From: Prorocentrum cordatum
Lineage: Eukaryota
Length of the DNA: 55,255 nucleotides
Direction of reading: 5' to 3'
Assembly: GCA_963575745.1 (NCBI GenBank)
Contig: CAUYUJ010000173.1
Location: forward strand, 62,001-117,255
A program made the position numbers and the translations under genes. Below, one piece after another: positions 49,301 to 55,255 of this stretch. Position 1 is the first letter of the stretch, and every line of letters begins with the position of its first letter. The notes under the pieces are model-generated. The model had not been told where the DNA came from. It did no database searches and worked only from the letters and a program-made list of their open reading frames with translations.

Positions 49301-52300
49301 TGCCCTACAGTTCGAGTTAAGTAGAAAATACCGACAACGCGTATCAAGTTCACTCGAATAATACGAATAGGTTTGCGCGCCTAGCCCGGCTAGCAGACCG
49401 AATTCAGACCTATGGATTCAACAGGCGAACGCGCCAGATGATTCTGAGTGCGATAGCTGTGCTTACGAGCTCTGTAGCTGTCCGACAGCTCGAGCTAAGT
49501 AGAAAATACAGACAAGGCGTATCAAGATGACTCGAAACGGCCGATCCCGCCAGTGTGCTTTTTGGCAGTAAAAGGTACCCGATCGAGCTGAGATCAAGAT
49601 GGCGAGCGGGAATGAGATCGAATATCACGGGAAAAAATACTAGAGCTAATTTTCAACCGACCAAAAGTTGTGAAAAGTTCAGTTCTTTTTTTTCGAGCCA
49701 ACTAGCAATTACTCTTAGCTTCCAGCTACTAGCGCCGGCGGTGAACCGTCAACCTGGTCACCGCCGGGAACCTCGTAGAGCTCCTTGAATCCGTGAGAAA
49801 GCTCAGCATCAAAGCGGGAGCTTCTGGGAGCTTTTCTACAAAAACTTCAAGTTGAGATTTTTTCGGAGTCAACATGAAGTCGGTTCCTTCAAGTGAACTG
49901 GTACTGAAAATGACTCTAGATGGCCGAGCTGATCAGGGAACGAAGTTTATATCTCAATGCTCGGAGTAAAAATCTGCTTTTTCAAAATGAATTGTCAAAT
50001 ATCTTTCAAAAAATTGCAAAACCACCCAAAAGTTGTCACATTGTCCGCCTCGGCCGGCTGGACCAAAGTTCTCACTCCCAGCGAAGCTATTCATATGAAG
50101 TCTCGCGCTCTCAGTGAGAGCGCGAGACCATTCTGCGTCGACAAAAATGCACCAGAACTCTCTAGGTCACCCATAGATCGATATAAATTAGAAAAAAATC
50201 ATCCGACACAAAAAATGTAAAATTGTACAAATCGATATTTTTCATTAATTTTGAAAATTCTAATCAATTTGGGCACTCTCGAGGCTCATTCGATGTCTCG
50301 CATGTCGCTGCTTCGATTGGAATGCACCTGGCATGCATAGCATGCACTCAGCTCGAATTATCATCGAAACACCGTTCGCAACACGCATACATAGAGACGG
50401 TATTTCGATCATAACTCCTGACTCAGCCATTTCTAGGAACTCTCGAGCTTCCAGTGTGACGCGTCAGATCATTCTGCATCGACTGGTGTGCGTGAGAGGT
50501 CTGTAGATTGCTGACAGCTCGAGTTAAGTAAAGCCAACCACCGTCACCTGCCAAACTGTACTGCGGGCAAAGTCGGTTCCAGCAAGTCTTTTGATAGTAA
50601 TATTGCTCTAGAGCCCTGAAAATTTTACCAGCAGATGCGCCATAGCTTATTGTAGGTAGGAAAAATCCAACTTATGAAAACGAATTGTCAAATCTTGCAC
50701 AATGTTCCAAAAACCGACCCCAGGTTAACACATTGTCTCTTTTGGTCGGGTCGGCCAACTGGGCGCCGGCGGTAAACCGTCAACCTTTCTTACCGCCGGG
50801 GGACTCGTAGAGCTTCCTGACAATATATAATGTGGAAATAATTTCAGAGAACGACTAGTTTTCCCAGCCCAAGCGATTATAGACCTCTCAAGATGACTCT
50901 AACAAAACAACGAACAGTTTTCCAATCGAGCTCGAGTATGAAACCGAGTTCAGACCTCTGAATGCGACAGGCGGACGCGTCTGATGTCTGCGGATCGATT
51001 CCTGTGATTACCAGCTCTGCAGCCCCCATACAGCCAGAGTTAAGTGCAGAAAACCGAGAGTAGCTTTTAGGATGACTCGAATAATACAACAGTTTCGCGG
51101 ATCTCGTTCGAGCAGCAGACCGAGTTCCGAGCTCTCGGTTCGACGAACGGACGCGCCTGGTGTCTCGAAACCGATTCCTGTGACCAGCAGCACTGTAGCC
51201 CTCCTCCAGAACGATTCAAGTGCAGAAAACCGAGAGCACTTCTCAAGATGACTCGAACGATACCAATAGGTTCGCGAACCTAGCTCGGGGAGCAGGCCGA
51301 GTTCAGAGCTCTGATAATTCTCAATCGATTTCTGTGATTCTCAGCTCTGTGGCTGCCCTACAGATCGAGTTAAGTACGAAAAACCGAGAGCGTCTGCTAC
51401 AATGACTCAAATAATACGAATAGGTTTGCGACCCTAGCTCGGCTAGCAGACCGAGTTCAGACCTCTGGATTCAACAGGCGAACGCGCCTGATCATTCTGA
51501 ATGCATTAGCTGTGCTGACCAGCTCTGTAGTTGTCCTGAAGCTCGGGTTATCTTGAGAAAACCGACAGCGCGTATCAAGATGACTCGAAACGGCCGTTCC
51601 CGCCCCCCTGCTTTTTGGCCTTCAAAGTTACCCGATCGAGCTGAGATCAAGATGGCGAGCGGGAATAAGATCGAATATGATGAGAAAAAATACTAGAGCT
51701 CTAACGAATGGTCAAATTTTTAGAACGAAATTTTCAACCGACCAAAAGTCAGCAAAAGGTCCGTCGAGATTTTTCTTGCCAACTAGCTCTCCAGCTCCCC
51801 GGAACTGGCGCCGGCGGTGAACCGTCAACCTGTCACCGCCGGGGACCTCGTAGAGCTCCTTGCATCCGTGAGAAAGCTCAGCATCAAAGCGGAAGCTTCT
51901 GGGAGCTTTTCTACAAAAACTTCAAGTTGCGATTTTTCGGAGTGAACATGAAGTCAGTTGCTCTAAGTGAACTGATACTGAAAATGGCTCTAGAGGGCTG
52001 AGCTGCTCAGGAAACCAGGTTAATATCTCAATGCTAGGAGTAAAAATCTGATTTCTCAAAATGAATTGTCAAATATCTTTCAAAAAATTGCAAAACCACC
52101 CAAAAGTTGCCACATTGTCCGCCTCGGCCGGCTGGGCCAACTGGCGCCGGCGGTGAACCGTCAACCTGGTCACCGCCGGGAACCTCGTAGAGCTCCTTGA
52201 ATCCGTGAGAAAGCCTAGCATCAAAGCGGGAGCTTCTGGGAGCTTTTCTACAAAAACTTCAAGTTGAGATTTTTTCGGAGTCAACATGAAGTCGGTTCCT

Positions 52301-55255
52301 TCAAGTGAACTGGTACTGAAAATGACTCTAGATGGCCGAGCTGCTCAGGGAACGAAGTTTATATCTCAATGCTCGGAGTAAAAATCTGCTTTTTCAAAAT
52401 GAATTGTCAAATATCTTTCAAAAAATTGCAAAACCACCCAAACGTTGTCACATTGTCCGCCTCGGCCGGCTGGACCAAAGTTCTCACTCCCAGCGAAGCT
52501 ATTCATATGAAGTCTCGCGCTCTCAGTGAGAGCGCGAGACCATTCTGCGTCGACAAAAATGCACCAGAACTCTCTAGGTCACCCATAGATCGATATAAAT
52601 TAGAAAAAATCATGCGACACAAAAAATGTAAAATTGTACAAATCGATATGTTTCATTAATTTTGAAAATTCTAATCAATTTGGGCACTCTCGAGGCTCAT
52701 TCGATGTCACGCATGTCGCTGCTTCGATTGGAATGCACTTGGCATGCATAGCATGCACTCAGCTCGAATTATCATCGAAACACCGTTCGCAACACGCATA
52801 CATAGAGACGGTATTTCGATCATAACTCCTGACTCAGCCATTTCGAGGAACTCTCGAGCTTCCAGTGTGACGCATCAGAACATTCTGCATCGACTGGTGT
52901 GCGTGAGAGGTCTGTAGATTGCTGACAGCTCGAGTTAAGTAAAGCCAACCACCGTCACCTGCCAAACTGTACTGCGGGCAAAGTCGGTTCCCGCAAGTCT
53001 TTTAATAGTAATATTGCTTCTAGAGCCCTGAAAATTTTACCAGCAGATGCGCCATAGCTTATTGTAGGTAGTAAAAATCCAACTTATGAAAACGAATTGT
53101 CAAATCTTGCACAATGTTCCAAAAACCGACCCCAGGTTACCACATTGTCTCTTTTGGTCGGGTCGGCCAACTAGCTCCACCCTGCGCCCGAACTGGGCGC
53201 CGGCGGTAAACCGTCAACCTTTCTTACCGCCGGGGGACTCGTAGAGCTTCCTGAGAACATATACTGTCGAAAGAAATTGTAGAGAACGAATAGTTTTTGA
53301 GCCCAACACGAGTATCAGACCGAGTTCAGACCTCTGAATGCGACAGACGGGCGCGTCTGATAGCTCCGAATCGATTCCTGTGATTACCCGCCCTGCAGCC
53401 TCCCAGCCCGAGTTAAGTGCAGAACGCCGATAGTAGCTCTCAAGATGACTAGAAGAATACGAACAGTTTCGTGATTCTGGATCGCGCAAGAGACCGAGTT
53501 CAGAGCTCTGGATTGAACAGGCGAACGCGCCTGATAATTCTGAGTGCGGTAGGTGTGCTTACCAGCACTGTAGCTGCCCTACAGCTCGAGTTAAGTAGAG
53601 AATAACGACAACGCGTATCAAGTTGACTCGAATAATACGAATAGGTTTGCGGACCTAGCAGACCGAGTTCAGACCTATGGATTCAACAGACGAACGCATC
53701 TGACCATTCTGAGTGCGATAGGAGTGCTTACCAGCACTATAGCTGCCGTAAATCTCGAGTTAAGTAGAAATACCGACAACGCGTATAAAGTTGACTCAAA
53801 TAATACGAACAGGTTTGCGGACCTAGCTCGGCTGACAGACCGAGTTCAGGCCTCTGGATTCAACAGGCGAATGCGCCTGATCATTCTGCATTCATTAGCT
53901 GTGCTTACCAGCTCTGTAGCTGCCCTAGAGCTCGAGTTATGTTCCGAAAACCGTCAGCGCGTATGAAGATAACTCAAAGCGGCCGATCCCGCCAGGGAGC
54001 TTTTCGATAGTAATATCCACCCGATCGAGCTGAGATCAAGATGGCGAGCGGGAATAAGATCGAATATCACGGGAAAAAATACTAGAGCCCAAACGAATTG
54101 TTGAATTTCGAGAACAAAATTTTCAACCGACCAAAAGTCAGCAAAAGGTCCGTCGAGATTTTTCTTGCCAACTAGCTCTGGGACGCGCCGGAATTACTCT
54201 TAGCTTCCAGCTATAACTAGCTAAGGGAAGCTCTACGAGTTACTCTTAGCTTCCAGCTACTGGGCGCCGGCGGTAAACCGTCAACCTTTCTTACCGCCGG
54301 GGGACTCGTAGAGCTTCCTGAGAACATATACTGTCGAAAGAAATTGTAGAGAACGAATAGTTTTTCAGCCCAATACGAGTATCAGACCGAGTTCAGACCT
54401 CTGAATGCGACAGACGGGCGCGTCTGATAGCTCCGAATCGATTCCTGTGATTACCCCCTCCCTCCAGCCCGAGTTAAGTGCAGAACGCCGACAGTAGCTC
54501 TCAAGATGACTAGAAGAATACGAACAGTTTCGTGATTCTGGATCGCGCAAGAGACCGAGTTCAGAGCTCTGGATTGAACAGGCGAGCGCGCCTGATAATT
54601 CTGAGTGCGGTAGGTGCCTACCAGCACTGTAGCTGCCCTACAGCTCGAGTTAAGTAAAGAATAACGACAACGCGTATCAAGTTGACTCGAATAATACGAA
54701 TAGGTTTGCGGACCTAGCTCGACTAGCAGACCGAGTTCAGACCTATGGATTCAACAGACGAACGCATCTGACCATTCTGAGTGCGATAGGAGTGCTTACC
54801 AGCACTATAGCTGCCGTAAATCTCGAGTTAGGTAGACAATACCGACAACGCGTATGAAGTTGACTCGAATAATACGAACAGGTTTGCGGACCTGGCTCGG
54901 CTGACAGACCGAGTTCAGGCCTCTGGATTCACCAGGCGAACGCGCCTGATCATTCTGCATACATTAGCTGTGCTTACCAGCTCTGTAGCTGCCCTAGAGC
55001 TCGAGTTATGTTCCGAAAACCGTCAGCGCGTATGAAGATAACTCAAAGCGGCCGATCCCGCCAGGGAGCTTTTTGATAGTAATATCCACCCGATCGAGCT
55101 GAGATCAAGATGGCGAGCGGGAATGAGATCGAATATCACGGGAAAAAATACTAGAGCTCTAACGAATTGTCAAATTTCGAGAACGAAATTTTCAACCGAG
55201 CAAAAGTCATCAAAAGTTCCGTCGAGATTTTTCGAGCCAACTAGCTCTGGGACGC
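43340..55255. mobile_element. Co-oriented nested stack of type-A and type-B hairpin/subTIR elements
   Basis: Hairpin ends at 43340, 43633, 44658, 45127, 45458, 46633, 46917, 48305, 48641, 49731, 50761, 51807, 52143, 53195 and 54262. Near-identical blocks: 49731-50760 vs 52143-53172, and 53195-54185 vs 54262-55255. Confidence 0.85.
45570..46420. repeat. ~178-bp tandem repeat array (example; similar arrays in every type-A copy)
   Basis: The motif ctcggctagcagaccgagttcagacc recurs at 46083/46261 and 47757/47935, a spacing of 178 nt. Confidence 0.9.

Noticed and set aside
41742..55255. CRISPR array or integron-like cassette array
   Set aside because: Intervals between hairpins are hundreds of bp to over 1 kb, are homologous to each other and are non-coding. 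No cas or integrase gene is present, and nesting explains the layout.

Overview
GC-rich, repeat-dense eukaryotic nuclear DNA. Several near-perfect copies of the dinoflagellate spliced leader (DinoSL, DCCGTAGCCATTTTGGCTCAAG) indicate a dinoflagellate. Main contents: (1) A decayed ~10 kb Copia-order LTR retrotransposon (4141-14206) whose pol has a cytosine-methyltransferase-like segment between protease and integrase, and whose LTRs contain an SL-like motif. (2) A complete SL-to-poly(A) processed copy of casein kinase 1, flanked by a 19-bp target-site duplication, inserted antisense into that element's gag; its ORF is intact. (3) A 981-bp non-coding insert with a 15-bp TSD in the same element's RT region. 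(4) A second, truncated gag-protease LTR element. (5) An intronless SL-relic-bearing gene for a probably secreted protein with 7 x 64-aa Cys-rich units. (6) An APE-type LINE that begins with an SL plus two stacked SL relics. (7) From ~41.7 kb to the window end, a nested stack of non-autonomous elements with asymmetric subterminal inverted repeats, a covarying terminal hairpin, ACT/AAT targeting without a conventional TSD and internal ~178-bp tandem repeats (Helentron/HUH-like architecture). The rest is microsatellite, MITEs and CCAAGA-rich repeats; most ORF-track entries are artefacts of these. All calls were made by eye, with no database searches.
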